Both the position numbers and the translations under genes were made by a program. From a virus (lineage: Duplodnaviria; Caudoviricetes): a stretch of DNA of 38,425 nucleotides. Positions 9,918 through 19,058 of the stretch are shown in pieces. The notes beneath the pieces were generated by a model. That model saw nothing but the letters and a program-made list of their open reading frames with translations, did no database searches and was not told where the DNA came from. Within the stretch, counting starts at the first letter, position 1; every line of letters begins with the position of its first letter. The DNA lies in the IMG/VR virus record IMGVR_UViG_3300038608_000020, positions 1-38,425 of that record; one strand, written 5' to 3'.

Positions 9918-10366
9918 CAGGCTTTACCCCCGAAATAGTTGCTGGTTGCGCCCAACACACTAGACCCCGCCTTGAGAAAAGATTGCTGCTTGGCGCTTTG
10001 TGCCGCGCGCTTGTGTTGTTCGGCCTGAGACAGCAGACCGCGAGATTGCAGCAGGCCTTCGTATCGAGTGTTCAGAAGGTCCAGCTCTTGGAGCTGCGCA
10101 GTTTCCTTGGCAATGTCGGCGCTAGTACCTTGGAAACTGATGCCAGCCTGTGCAGTGGCGGCGCGTTGCTCGCCACTAAACCGGCGTTGTTCACGGCGCA
10201 AAGCATCTTCACGGGCAACGGCCTGTTGCCTGGCAATCTTCGCGTTTTCTTCCGCGATGGCTGCCGATTCTTCACCAGCCTGGGCCGCTGCCTGGCCTTG
10301 CTGAACCGCGCCTACAACGCCAACGGCGGCGGTTATGTAGGGTATTGCTGCTGCGAACCATGCCAT
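9917..10366 (-). CDS. Virion core protein, T7 gp14-like
   Basis: Hydrophobic N-terminus, Ala/Gln coiled-coil, QRAATAQAGI motif. Confidence 0.75.
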   Translation of the reverse strand: MAWFAAAIPYITAAVGVVGAVQQGQAAAQAGEESAAIAEENAKIARQQAVAREDALRREQRRFSGEQRAATAQAGISFQGTSADIAKETAQLQELDLLNTRYEGLLQSRGLLSQAEQHKRAAQSAKQQSFLKAGSSVLGATSNYFGGKA

Positions 10367-10791
10367 TATTGAAGCCTCACATATTGATCGGCGTCTAGGC
10401 CATTAGGGGCGTACTTCGGTAAGTAGGCCTCATGCTTGAAACCGAGTAACTTTGCCCAACGGTGGGCCTGCGGCCATTGGTGATCGACCGTAATCTCTAT
10501 GCGGCGCATCGGGTGCAAGTCCAAAAATCGCTTGGTGATCCGATGCATTCTAAAGAACTGCGCACCATGCAGGCCATCAGATATCAGCGACCACATCAGG
10601 CCCCGGCCTTCCCATATAAGCGAAATACCACCGACCGCTAGAACTTTGCCGTCTTCGATCAAAGTATAAGCCGGGCCCGCTTCAAGAAGTGACTGACAGT
10701 AATCATCATCAATCAATTCTTTCATGTAGGCTTGGCCCGGTTGCAACTCAATGCACTTTGCATGCTCTGGTCGAAAGTCGACAAGTTCCAT
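10366..10791 (-). CDS. GNAT-fold protein (T7 gp13-like position)
   Basis: RRIEITVD...AHRWAKLLGFKHE acetyltransferase-fold motif between tail tube B and core genes. Confidence 0.75.
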   Translation of the reverse strand: MELVDFRPEHAKCIELQPGQAYMKELIDDDYCQSLLEAGPAYTLIEDGKVLAVGGISLIWEGRGLMWSLISDGLHGAQFFRMHRITKRFLDLHPMRRIEITVDHQWPQAHRWAKLLGFKHEAYLPKYAPNGLDADQYVRLQ

Positions 10792-13013
10792 TATCGGTCC
10801 TGTGTGTTGACCTCGGGAATAATGGCAACAAGTGTAAACGGTAATGGCTGATCATTCACATACCAGAGTCGTCCCTCCTTCTCATAACCACCAGGCCAGC
10901 CGACACGCTTGTCACCAGTAAACACGGCGGGCGGGCTGTCCATCGGATCGGCCGCTTCACGGAATAGGATTTCTTGCAGCTTGGTTTCGCTGGGACCGGC
11001 CTTCCCGCCAAGGGTATCCATGAAACGCAGGGTGGCATGAGTAATACGTTTAATCTTGCCCTGGGCCGTGCCATCCGCGGCGCCGGCCTCCAGGCGCATG
11101 GTGGCGACCTTGGCTGGGCAGGGCAGGCCGAGATGAACCACCGAGGCTGCGCGATCGAGGGTGACACTGCCGCCGATCATGACTTTTTGCGGATGGGTGG
11201 CACCATCGGCGAGAATATCCACCGTTGTGCCATTAAGATGGCTGCCGCCGCTGATTACCGTGGCCGGCGCACCGTTGTAGCTCAGACCGCTGTCGACGTA
11301 GAACGCCTCGTTCTGCGGCTGGCTACTGTCCCACTCTTCTTCCATCCACTCGACATAGCGCTTGGTCACACCACTGATGGTGCGTTTGACGATCAACCAG
11401 AGGTCATCTCGGTCGCCGTTCGGCGAGGGAATGCTGACAATCGACTCGACAACCCCGGTGCCGCCCAATTGATGGCGATGCCAAGCCGTCACAGACTGCT
11501 CTTGGTCAAAGGTGAAGCCCAGCAGCAGGCCGTCATTACGCACCGCCCATACGATGCTGTAAGGCTCCTGCTGATAGGCAACTTGCAGGATTGCTTGGCG
11601 CCTGCGGAAGAAGTGCGGGGCCAGGGCCGACATGTTGTTGCCCTGGAATGTGTCGCTGTTGAAGTCGTACAGGTAGGAGCGCAGTTTACGCGCCGATTTC
11701 TGCACGAACAGGATGGTGCTGCCGACCTTGGCCGGGATTGCCCCATTGGATCCATAATCGGACTGTTTGCTGATCTTCACGTTGCCAGGGCCGAATGCTT
11801 CGCTGGTGGTGATCTCGCGAATCGAATGCTCGGCGCCGGCCGTTCCTACGATCAGCGAATCACCCGGGCTAAGCCACTTGACGTTATCTACCTTGTCGGA
11901 ATCTATGCGAATGCTGATCGCCTGATCTTTGACTATCTGCCCGCCGGCATCCTTGGCGCTGAAATCTTCGAAGTCTCCGGCTACTGAAAACCAGATCAAC
12001 TGATCAGCCGAGCGGGCGAAGCACAGGCGCTCGCGGAAAAAGGTGGTATGCGATGGCCAGCCATCGGTGTTGCTCCAGGCACCGAAGGCCCAGCGGTTGG
12101 AGGCATTACCCGAGCCCACGGCGCCGGTCGGCACCTGATCCAGCACCGTGGCCGTGACCACCGTACTGGACGTGAAGCCGGTGATCGTCAGCGTGCCGTA
12201 GCCGGCGTTCTGGAACGCCCACTGCACGCCGCCGTCGCCATCATAACGCGCGCCCTCGGTATGCACCGGACGCACCGCGCCCGTGGTCGCGCTGTTATTG
12301 GCTAAATAATTCTTGCCATCCGAGCGGCGCAAAGCTCCAGCGGTGATGGTCTTGCCTGGCTCCCACTGATTGACGATATCGACGGCCTTCTGCTCGAGCA
12401 GAAAGGTGCGGCCGACATCGCTGGCGGCGAACAACGCAGCCGAAGCGGTCAGCGTCACTGAGCCGGTCTGGGCGCTGGCATAGATGGTGATGGCCTGATC
12501 TGGATCAACATCCTTGAATGGACCGCCATCCGGTTCAAATAGCGCCATGGTGAAGCTCAGCGCGCTGAAACGTTGCAGCTTGCGCGGCTGGTGCGATGGA
12601 TGGGTGATGTAGAGCACGTCGCCGGACTGCACGAAATTCAGCGCCAGGGTGCCGTCGGCGTTCTTCAGATTGGCCGTGGTGTAGGGCGTGGCCACTTCCA
12701 GCGGCACGCCGGGGCTGCTCTCGACCAGGCCGTGATTGGTGTAGAAGCGCACATAGAGATTGCCGAACTCCAACACGTAGGCCTGTTCGGCGCTGAACTC
12801 GAAGGGCAGCAGCCAAGTCTGGTTGGCCGAGGTCTTAACCTCGTTGACGAAGCGCGTGCCACCGCGGCGCCGGGCCGGGCCCTGCACCAGCGGCAGGCTG
12901 TTCTCCATGCGAAAACAGCTGTTACCGTGCTTGTCCAAGTCGACGCGACCTTCCAGCTCGGGCGACCATTCACCGGCATTGAAGGAGGTCTGAATCGGGG
13001 TCGCTTTGGCCAT
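10791..13013 (-). CDS. Tail tubular protein B / nozzle (T7 gp12 / P22 gp10-like)
   Basis: QTSFNAGEWSP...QGPARRRGGTRF N-terminus; beta-rich 740 aa; DQPLPFTLVAI C-terminus. Confidence 0.88.
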   Translation of the reverse strand: MAKATPIQTSFNAGEWSPELEGRVDLDKHGNSCFRMENSLPLVQGPARRRGGTRFVNEVKTSANQTWLLPFEFSAEQAYVLEFGNLYVRFYTNHGLVESSPGVPLEVATPYTTANLKNADGTLALNFVQSGDVLYITHPSHQPRKLQRFSALSFTMALFEPDGGPFKDVDPDQAITIYASAQTGSVTLTASAALFAASDVGRTFLLEQKAVDIVNQWEPGKTITAGALRRSDGKNYLANNSATTGAVRPVHTEGARYDGDGGVQWAFQNAGYGTLTITGFTSSTVVTATVLDQVPTGAVGSGNASNRWAFGAWSNTDGWPSHTTFFRERLCFARSADQLIWFSVAGDFEDFSAKDAGGQIVKDQAISIRIDSDKVDNVKWLSPGDSLIVGTAGAEHSIREITTSEAFGPGNVKISKQSDYGSNGAIPAKVGSTILFVQKSARKLRSYLYDFNSDTFQGNNMSALAPHFFRRRQAILQVAYQQEPYSIVWAVRNDGLLLGFTFDQEQSVTAWHRHQLGGTGVVESIVSIPSPNGDRDDLWLIVKRTISGVTKRYVEWMEEEWDSSQPQNEAFYVDSGLSYNGAPATVISGGSHLNGTTVDILADGATHPQKVMIGGSVTLDRAASVVHLGLPCPAKVATMRLEAGAADGTAQGKIKRITHATLRFMDTLGGKAGPSETKLQEILFREAADPMDSPPAVFTGDKRVGWPGGYEKEGRLWYVNDQPLPFTLVAIIPEVNTQDR

Positions 13014-13613
13014 TTACAACCTCGACATGATCCAGGATTCATCGGGCAGGGTCTGCGGCGGGTTTTCGATGGCATCGGCGCGTAGGGCGCTGCGGATGGC
13101 CAAGGCGTATTCCTCGGCCGCCAGTTGGCGCTTGGTGTTGGATTGGGTCAGGCGCTCGCAGCATTCCATGGCTAGCTTGCAAGCGAAGGCTTCGACAAAC
13201 AATGCATCGTAAAGACCGGGATCAGTTACAAGGCTGACGTAACGGATGTTCAGCGGCGCCGGGAAGTCGGTGAGGATTTTTCGGCCTTCGACTTGGAACT
13301 CCGCTTCGCTCATGCCGACATAGTCGGAGAGCGACAGGCCGACATAGATTTCGCCGACCTGAATCAGGCGCAGGTGATCGGCCGGCAGCTGGAATTCGTT
13401 GGTGAAGCCGAATGCCGGCACACTGGCCAGGGCCGGCAGCGCTGCGCGCTTGACCGAGAAGTTCCATACCCGGGCGCGCAGTTCGGCCATCAGCACCGTG
13501 TCATACATGCTATTGAGGACCTTGGCGTTCTCCTGGTCATCCAGGATGTCCATGATCCGGTCATCGCCGATCTTGGTCAGGGCTCGGTTGGCGATGTCGA
13601 TCTTAGAGGCCAT
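13014..13613 (-). CDS. Tail tubular protein A / head-tail adaptor (T7 gp11-like)
   Basis: SKIDIANRALTKIG...WNFSVKR...FQLPAD motifs. Confidence 0.88.
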   Translation of the reverse strand: MASKIDIANRALTKIGDDRIMDILDDQENAKVLNSMYDTVLMAELRARVWNFSVKRAALPALASVPAFGFTNEFQLPADHLRLIQVGEIYVGLSLSDYVGMSEAEFQVEGRKILTDFPAPLNIRYVSLVTDPGLYDALFVEAFACKLAMECCERLTQSNTKRQLAAEEYALAIRSALRADAIENPPQTLPDESWIMSRL

Positions 13614-13616
13614 AGG

Positions 13617-13940
13617 TCACCCGTAGTACGAGACGTTGAGGATGCCGCCCAGGCCGAGCTGTATCACCTGGAACGCGGCCAGATCGCCGTCATAGCGCAG
13701 TTCACCGCCAACTGACAACGGCATGCCCACCAAAGCAGTGGGCGCCACACCATCATCACGCCAGCGTAGCGTGGCACCTTCGGCCACCATCAGCGCATAG
13801 CTGGCGCCTGGTGGCACTGCTAGGCTGGCGGCCCCAATCAGGCCAGTGACCTGCTGGTAACCCAGGCAGATCAGCGGCGCCGGCATTGCTGCTGTAACGG
13901 CGACTGTCGATTGATCCTGGCGATTGCGCGTGCGAGCCAT
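13617..13940 (-). CDS. Small putative virion protein
   Basis: LRWRDDGVAPT...GMPL motif; located in the structural operon. Confidence 0.65.
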   Translation of the reverse strand: MARTRNRQDQSTVAVTAAMPAPLICLGYQQVTGLIGAASLAVPPGASYALMVAEGATLRWRDDGVAPTALVGMPLSVGGELRYDGDLAAFQVIQLGLGGILNVSYYG

Positions 13941-13949
13941 GTGAACCTC

Positions 13950-14144
13950 TTAGGCAGGCGGCCAGGTGCCTTCAAGAATGCGGTTGATGACGTATTGCAG
14001 GGACTGCACTGCATCATCTTTTGTCAGCGCATTGGCGGTATCTACCGTAACGCGCACAGCCGATGTACTGATTGAGCCCCCCGCCGAAAGCACGACATCT
14101 TCATCGTGTCCGCCGAGAACCAGATCATATTGATGTTGAGCCAT
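13950..14144 (-). CDS. Small hypothetical protein in the structural operon
   Basis: GAGGTG RBS; tight packing with neighbours. Confidence 0.65.
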   Translation of the reverse strand: MAQHQYDLVLGGHDEDVVLSAGGSISTSAVRVTVDTANALTKDDAVQSLQYVINRILEGTWPPA

Positions 14145-14158
14145 GAGCCTTCACCTCG

Positions 14159-14180
14159 AAAAAAGGGGCCCGAAGGCCCC
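14159..14180 (-). terminator. Intrinsic terminator after the capsid and decoration genes
   Basis: GGGGCC-TTCG-GGCCCC-TTTTTT on the minus strand (UUCG tetraloop). Confidence 0.85.
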
Positions 14181-14189
14181 AACAGGGAA

Positions 14190-14696
14190 TTACACAGTCC
14201 AGAGGATTTCCAGCGAAATGGTACCAGCCACATCGCCGACCGAAATGCCAGTAAAGGCCACATCGTACTCGCGCTGCGAGTCGGAAGTCAGGCCCAGCAA
14301 TTCCCACAGACGCTTCTCAATACCGTCGATATTCGCCGCTTCGTAGCGCAATTCCGTGCCAGCAGTGCTGGCGGCCTGGAAATTCACTGCGCTAGCGAAG
14401 GCATCCGAGTCCGCGACTGCACCACCATTGGCCGCCGTTTGATGCAGACCAAGATCGAACGAGGTTGCGCCTGCCGCCAAGGTAATCGCGTCATTGAACG
14501 CGACCAGCGACAGAATTCGCGCATTCGATGGGATGCGAGCCATTCGATACACGGAGTTGTTGTCATCCGCAGCAGCTACCTCAACAGTGCCACATGCGGA
14601 AAAGACTGGGCCTTTGATGAGCGCGCGGTTGGTGATGACCACCGGCGTGGCGTCCGCGTTGGTGATCGCGGTTGATTTCGTATTGACGACAGCCAT
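14190..14696 (-). CDS. Capsid decoration / cement-type protein
   Basis: Beta-rich 168 aa immediately after the major capsid gene and sharing its terminator. Confidence 0.6.
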   Translation of the reverse strand: MAVVNTKSTAITNADATPVVITNRALIKGPVFSACGTVEVAAADDNNSVYRMARIPSNARILSLVAFNDAITLAAGATSFDLGLHQTAANGGAVADSDAFASAVNFQAASTAGTELRYEAANIDGIEKRLWELLGLTSDSQREYDVAFTGISVGDVAGTISLEILWTV

Positions 14697-14699
14697 GGC

Positions 14700-15578
14700 T
14701 TAGGCCTCCCGGCAGATGATTTTGACGACTTTCTTCTCTTCGGTGCGGGTCGCGCCGATAGTGCCTTCGGCGTAAACCTGCCACGGTAGCGAAGAAAGGT
14801 CGCCGCGCTGGCGCACATCGGTGCGAATGTCGCCCCAAATGCCCAGGTGCATGCCGCTCTTGGCCCAGGCCGGCACGCTGCGGTCGCTCGAAGTGATCGG
14901 CAGGCGTTCGGTATGGATGAAGTTGAAGCCCATGAAGGCGGTGATCTTGCCGTCCACCAGCGCCGGGCGATTTGTGTAATCCAGGCTGACCGCCTGGGTC
15001 TCGTTCAGCAGCGCAGTGTGCTGCTTGGCGGTGATGGCGACGAACAGTTGCTCATCCGGATCGACCTCGTTGGCCATCAGGATTTCGCGCGCCTTCTTCA
15101 GCTTGGCCAGGTTGAGATCGGTATCAGTACCGCCGACATCGTTGCTGACTTCCTGGGTGGCCGGGAAGGTGACGCTGGTGCTGCCGTTTTCGCCGGTCTT
15201 CGAAGTGCCGAAAAATGCGGTTATGATTTCATCGTCGATTGAACGGCCGAGCGCATAGATCGCACTCTGCACATAGGCCGATTGCGGGTCGACCAGCAGA
15301 CGCAGCTTGTCGAAGTTATCGATCAGTTCATTCCAGTCGTAGTCGTTGGGGAACACCCAGCGGCGGTCGGTCGGAATGTCCAGCGGGGTCAGCGGCTGAT
15401 AGCGGCCGACACGCTTGGCGGCGTTGGTCAGACCGACTTGATCGACTGCCACAGCCTGTTTGCCGACATGCATCTGCTCCATAACAGCGGCGCGCAAACG
15501 CGAGCCTTTCTGCTGGAGAAGGAGTTGCAGGTTGGTGGTGTACTGTTGGACGAAATGCGTGGGAATGTTCTGGCTCAT
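14700..15578 (-). CDS. Major capsid protein (BPP-1-like)
   Basis: FVQQYTTNLQLLLQQKGSRLR...DKLRLLVDPQSAY...GATRTEE motifs; follows the scaffold gene. Confidence 0.9.
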   Translation of the reverse strand: MSQNIPTHFVQQYTTNLQLLLQQKGSRLRAAVMEQMHVGKQAVAVDQVGLTNAAKRVGRYQPLTPLDIPTDRRWVFPNDYDWNELIDNFDKLRLLVDPQSAYVQSAIYALGRSIDDEIITAFFGTSKTGENGSTSVTFPATQEVSNDVGGTDTDLNLAKLKKAREILMANEVDPDEQLFVAITAKQHTALLNETQAVSLDYTNRPALVDGKITAFMGFNFIHTERLPITSSDRSVPAWAKSGMHLGIWGDIRTDVRQRGDLSSLPWQVYAEGTIGATRTEEKKVVKIICREA

Positions 15579-15713
15579 GACAAGCCCTCCAAGAAACCAA
15601 GAATGGGTTTATTGGGCTTGTCCGCTATGCGGGGCCGATGCCTCAGATCGTCTGAGGCGCACGGTCTAATCTAGACTGACCCGGGGGAATTACCCTTGTC
15701 CGGTATTAACGCA

Positions 15714-15741
15714 ATGATATAACAATTGCGCTTATATGCAA
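15714..15741 (-). promoter_or_regulatory. Putative sigma70 promoter for the capsid gene
   Basis: TTGCAT-16-TATCAT on the minus strand in the scaffold-capsid gap. Confidence 0.5.
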
Positions 15742-15742
15742 G

Positions 15743-16561
15743 TTAGCCAGGGAAAGCGATTTTGTGCAGACGTTCCATTTCCGCCCGCGCGTCAGCATCT
15801 CCGCCGATATAGCGCTTGGTGAAGTCAGGATCGCCGCGCAGGCTTTCTATCCGCGCTTTGGCCTCAACCGGAGTAACGCCGAAACGGTTGCTGCCACCGT
15901 CCATGCCTTTGGCCTCATGCTCCATGAAGTGTTTGCCGAAGAACTCGAAGATCTTGGCCGCCTTGGCCACGCCCAGGGTGCGCTCCAGCTGCATGCCTTC
16001 TTCTGAACTCAGGCCTGCTTCACGCATAGCCCGCTTGGCCATTTCAGCCCGCGCATTGAACTGGTCGCCCCAGTCTTTTTGCAGCGACTCAATGTCACGT
16101 TCAGCGTTGGCCAGATATTTCTGTTCCTCGGCCTCCATCATTTGCTGGCCGTGCTGATTCCACTTCTCGGCCAGGCCCTGCGCTTGCTTGTTGCTCAGGC
16201 CTTCACTGTGGAACCACTCCCTGGCGGTCTTCACGAATTCGCCGGTATCACCTTCCGGAATCGGAATCTCGTAAGCATCTGCCGATTGCGGGCGGCCAAG
16301 CTTGTTGTAGACGTTGCTCCAGCCCTCGGCGTCGGCTTCATCCTTGGGCAGTACTAGACCGCGCCCGGCTTTGTCAGCGCCAAGCAGTCGCTCCAGATGC
16401 CAGGCCGACTGCGTAGCAGCTTCCGGGCTTTTCCAGCCCTTGCCCGCGGCCCAGTCCTTTACGGACGGGTCTTGGAAACCCTCATACCAGGGCTTTTCTT
16501 CTGTCGCTTGAGTTGCAGCAGGGTTGCCCGTATCAACAACGGACCCGGTTTCTTCACTCAT
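15743..16561 (-). CDS. Capsid assembly scaffolding protein
   Basis: Acidic and helical; VYNKLGRP...LQKDWGDQF motifs; upstream of the capsid gene. Confidence 0.8.
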   Translation of the reverse strand: MSEETGSVVDTGNPAATQATEEKPWYEGFQDPSVKDWAAGKGWKSPEAATQSAWHLERLLGADKAGRGLVLPKDEADAEGWSNVYNKLGRPQSADAYEIPIPEGDTGEFVKTAREWFHSEGLSNKQAQGLAEKWNQHGQQMMEAEEQKYLANAERDIESLQKDWGDQFNARAEMAKRAMREAGLSSEEGMQLERTLGVAKAAKIFEFFGKHFMEHEAKGMDGGSNRFGVTPVEAKARIESLRGDPDFTKRYIGGDADARAEMERLHKIAFPG

Positions 16562-16877
16562 GGTCTAGCCCTCCTAGGGCTGTTTGGGTTTCATCTTGAA
16601 CAGCGCGCAGGATTTCCGCGTCACTGATATGCAAATGCGCCAGGATTCTGTTGTAAACCTCTAAGCGACCCACCGCCAGCATCGAAGCATGTATATCGAC
16701 TGTTCGGCTGATCGGCGAAACTATGGCGGTGGACTGTTGTGCACGGCAAAACTTCGCCAGATCGGCAAATACTGTACGCCCAGCCTGGGTCAATTGGTTG
16801 TTGTCATCAAAAAAGCACTGCCTATAAGCCGTGCGTTTCCGTGCTAGACGCTTCTGAAACCACTGTGCGACGTTCAT
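16554..16877 (-). CDS. Bbp19-like protein
   Basis: AYRQCF...GRTVFADLAKFC...GRLEVYNRI motif; between portal and scaffold. Confidence 0.7.
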   Translation of the reverse strand: MNVAQWFQKRLARKRTAYRQCFFDDNNQLTQAGRTVFADLAKFCRAQQSTAIVSPISRTVDIHASMLAVGRLEVYNRILAHLHISDAEILRAVQDETQTALGGLDHE

Positions 16878-18517
16878 CCTGCCACCGGGGCCGGCGTGGC
16901 GGCAATGTGTTCAGCTTCGGCGAAGTTCTTAGCAGATTGGGCAGCGACTGGAGCAGCCTGCAACAGCGCGGCGGCTTGCTGCTGAGCAATCGCCTGCGCT
17001 TCGATCTGTTCCAACTCGTCTGACGAGTACAGCAGTTTGGACGGAACACCGTTAATCTCGGCCAGCTCGCGAATGGTCTCGCCGACCTTGAAGATTTTCA
17101 GGGCGCTAGGATCGATCTGCGCCAGCGGCACCGCCGATTCGATGGTGCGCAGGATGGCCACGCCTTCTTCGGCGCGCTGGGCACGGTTCAGCGGCGAGGT
17201 GTAGTCGATCTCGACCAGGCCACCACGCTCCTGCAAGATGCGCGGCATCGGCGGAAGTTGCCCGGCGGCGGCGAGGATGTCCAGCTCGCGCTCGATCATC
17301 GGCCCGAGCATCTCCGATTGTTGGCGGCCCATGGTCGGCGCCAGCAGTTGGCCCTTCTCCTGGGCGCGCAACATGGCTTCGGTCGCGGTCATACTCGGTT
17401 GATCAACCAGGATCTGGAACAGGGTGACCAGGAAGGCATCGTTGATCTGCTTGCGCTTCTGCTCCTGCAACTCCAGGCCCAGGCCCAGGTTGCCGCGCAT
17501 ATCCAGCTGCTTGACCAGTTCCTCGCCACGCTCGTTCAAGTAGCCTGGGTTCAACGCATTCGGACGCATGTTGAACGGTTGCAGGGCCCCATCATCGGTG
17601 ACCAGCATCGGCGGATCGACCATGCGATGGGCCGCGCGGATGATGGTTTTTTCCTGCTCGTTGAGCATCTTGATATCGGGCAGCACCAGCATAGCTGGTC
17701 CGCGCCCATAAGTTTCGTTCGGCGTGGTGATGAAACGGCCAATCTGGTAGGGCATCGATCGATAGCCGCCCTCGTCCAGCAGTGCCTTCCCGGTGATCGA
17801 GACGTAATAGCTGGCGAACTCCATGCCTTTGTACGAGCGCATGCCCGGCTTGCGTTCTTCGTTCGGCTTCACGCAATGGATGAACTCGAAACGCGCCTCG
17901 GGATCGGACTCGAGCTTGCCCTTGATCTGCTCGGGCAGGCGATCCTCGCCGAACTTCTGCGCGGCCTGGCGGGCGCTGTACTCGAACTTGCGAAACACCT
18001 TGTCGATTTGGCCGACGTGGTTCTCACAAATGAACAGCTCCCCCAGGTGAATCGACTTGTAGCGCAGGCCACGACCCACCATCTCGTCGGTGAATATGCA
18101 GCCAGTACCAAAGGCGCCGATGCTCATGTATGACTCGAACATCTGGCTGGCGAAGTTGGAGCCGGCCGCATAGCGCGCACGGAACAACAGGCCATTGACC
18201 GCATCGAGATAGCGCTTGACCTCGTAGTCTTCGGCTAGGTCTTCGTCCTGTACGGCTAGCTTGTGCCACTTCTGGGTGCGCGGGGTAAGCATGGATTCCA
18301 TGGCAGCGCCGAACCGCGGCAGCGCTAAGGATGCAGTGCCGTCGAAGATTCGCTCTGTGCGCTTGTCGCCCGGAGTTCGGTTGCTTGTGAAGATCGCACG
18401 GTCAGGCCAGACCCGCTCGGCAATCTCTTGCCAGTGGCTCTCCCAAATCCCGCGCATTGACTTGGCGCGTTCGAAGTTTTTGATGATCTCTTCGGCGAGA
18501 CTATCGGTCATGGTCAT
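16874..18517 (-). CDS. Portal protein (T7 gp8-like head-tail connector)
   Basis: WESHWQEIAE, YGRGPAM and MTATEAMLRAQEK motifs; 547 aa. Confidence 0.93.
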   Translation of the reverse strand: MTMTDSLAEEIIKNFERAKSMRGIWESHWQEIAERVWPDRAIFTSNRTPGDKRTERIFDGTASLALPRFGAAMESMLTPRTQKWHKLAVQDEDLAEDYEVKRYLDAVNGLLFRARYAAGSNFASQMFESYMSIGAFGTGCIFTDEMVGRGLRYKSIHLGELFICENHVGQIDKVFRKFEYSARQAAQKFGEDRLPEQIKGKLESDPEARFEFIHCVKPNEERKPGMRSYKGMEFASYYVSITGKALLDEGGYRSMPYQIGRFITTPNETYGRGPAMLVLPDIKMLNEQEKTIIRAAHRMVDPPMLVTDDGALQPFNMRPNALNPGYLNERGEELVKQLDMRGNLGLGLELQEQKRKQINDAFLVTLFQILVDQPSMTATEAMLRAQEKGQLLAPTMGRQQSEMLGPMIERELDILAAAGQLPPMPRILQERGGLVEIDYTSPLNRAQRAEEGVAILRTIESAVPLAQIDPSALKIFKVGETIRELAEINGVPSKLLYSSDELEQIEAQAIAQQQAAALLQAAPVAAQSAKNFAEAEHIAATPAPVAG

Positions 18518-18720
18518 TCACCCAGAAGAGTTTTGCCGCGCGTAGGTGTTGAAGCCTGCGTACCGCCAAGGGCAGAACCTGCCAGGATGGTCGAAGAACG
18601 ACCGCGGCGGCGCAGTTTCTGGCTTTCCTCATCTTTGGCCATGGCCTCATCGTCGATCTCAACGGCTGGAATTTCTTTAACCGGCTTTGGTTTCGGCTTC
18701 GATCCAAACAAACCGCCCAT
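18514..18720 (-). CDS. Small basic virion-associated protein (T7 gp7.3-like position), paralogue 1
   Basis: MGGLFG...RRRGRSSTIL...KTLLGE directly upstream of portal. Confidence 0.75.
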   Translation of the reverse strand: MGGLFGSKPKPKPVKEIPAVEIDDEAMAKDEESQKLRRRGRSSTILAGSALGGTQASTPTRGKTLLGE

Positions 18721-18722
18721 GT

Positions 18723-19055
18723 TTATTCTCCTAGCAGTGTCTTGCGCGAGACGCCAGCGCCCGAGGGTTTATTGGGGTCGGTACTGAGGATGGTGGAAGA
18801 ACGACCGCGGCGGCGCCCGGCTGTGCGTGTGCGTTCTTCCTCAAGCACGGCATCGTCGATGGTTGGCGTCGATGGCGCGGTGGTGTCGGTCATCACTGGG
18901 GAAGGGCCGGTGAACAGCGTCATCACGTTTTTATCGCCCTCACCGGTAAAGCTCGGCATGCCGGCCTTTTCCCATAGAACGTCGCCACCGCGCAAAGGGT
19001 CTATTTTCCCGATTTTCTTCCCGATTTTGCTGCCGAATCCACCTATGCCAGCCAT
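18723..19055 (-). CDS. Small basic virion-associated protein, paralogue 2
   Basis: Shares RRRGRSSTIL...KTLLGE with its neighbour. Confidence 0.7.
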   Translation of the reverse strand: MAGIGGFGSKIGKKIGKIDPLRGGDVLWEKAGMPSFTGEGDKNVMTLFTGPSPVMTDTTAPSTPTIDDAVLEEERTRTAGRRRGRSSTILSTDPNKPSGAGVSRKTLLGE

Positions 19056-19058
19056 ATG

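Noticed and set aside
3748-18133. Long plus-strand ORFs (e.g. 3748-5040, 10974-11987, 17258-18133)
   Set aside because: Antisense to well-supported structural genes; expected in GC-rich coding DNA
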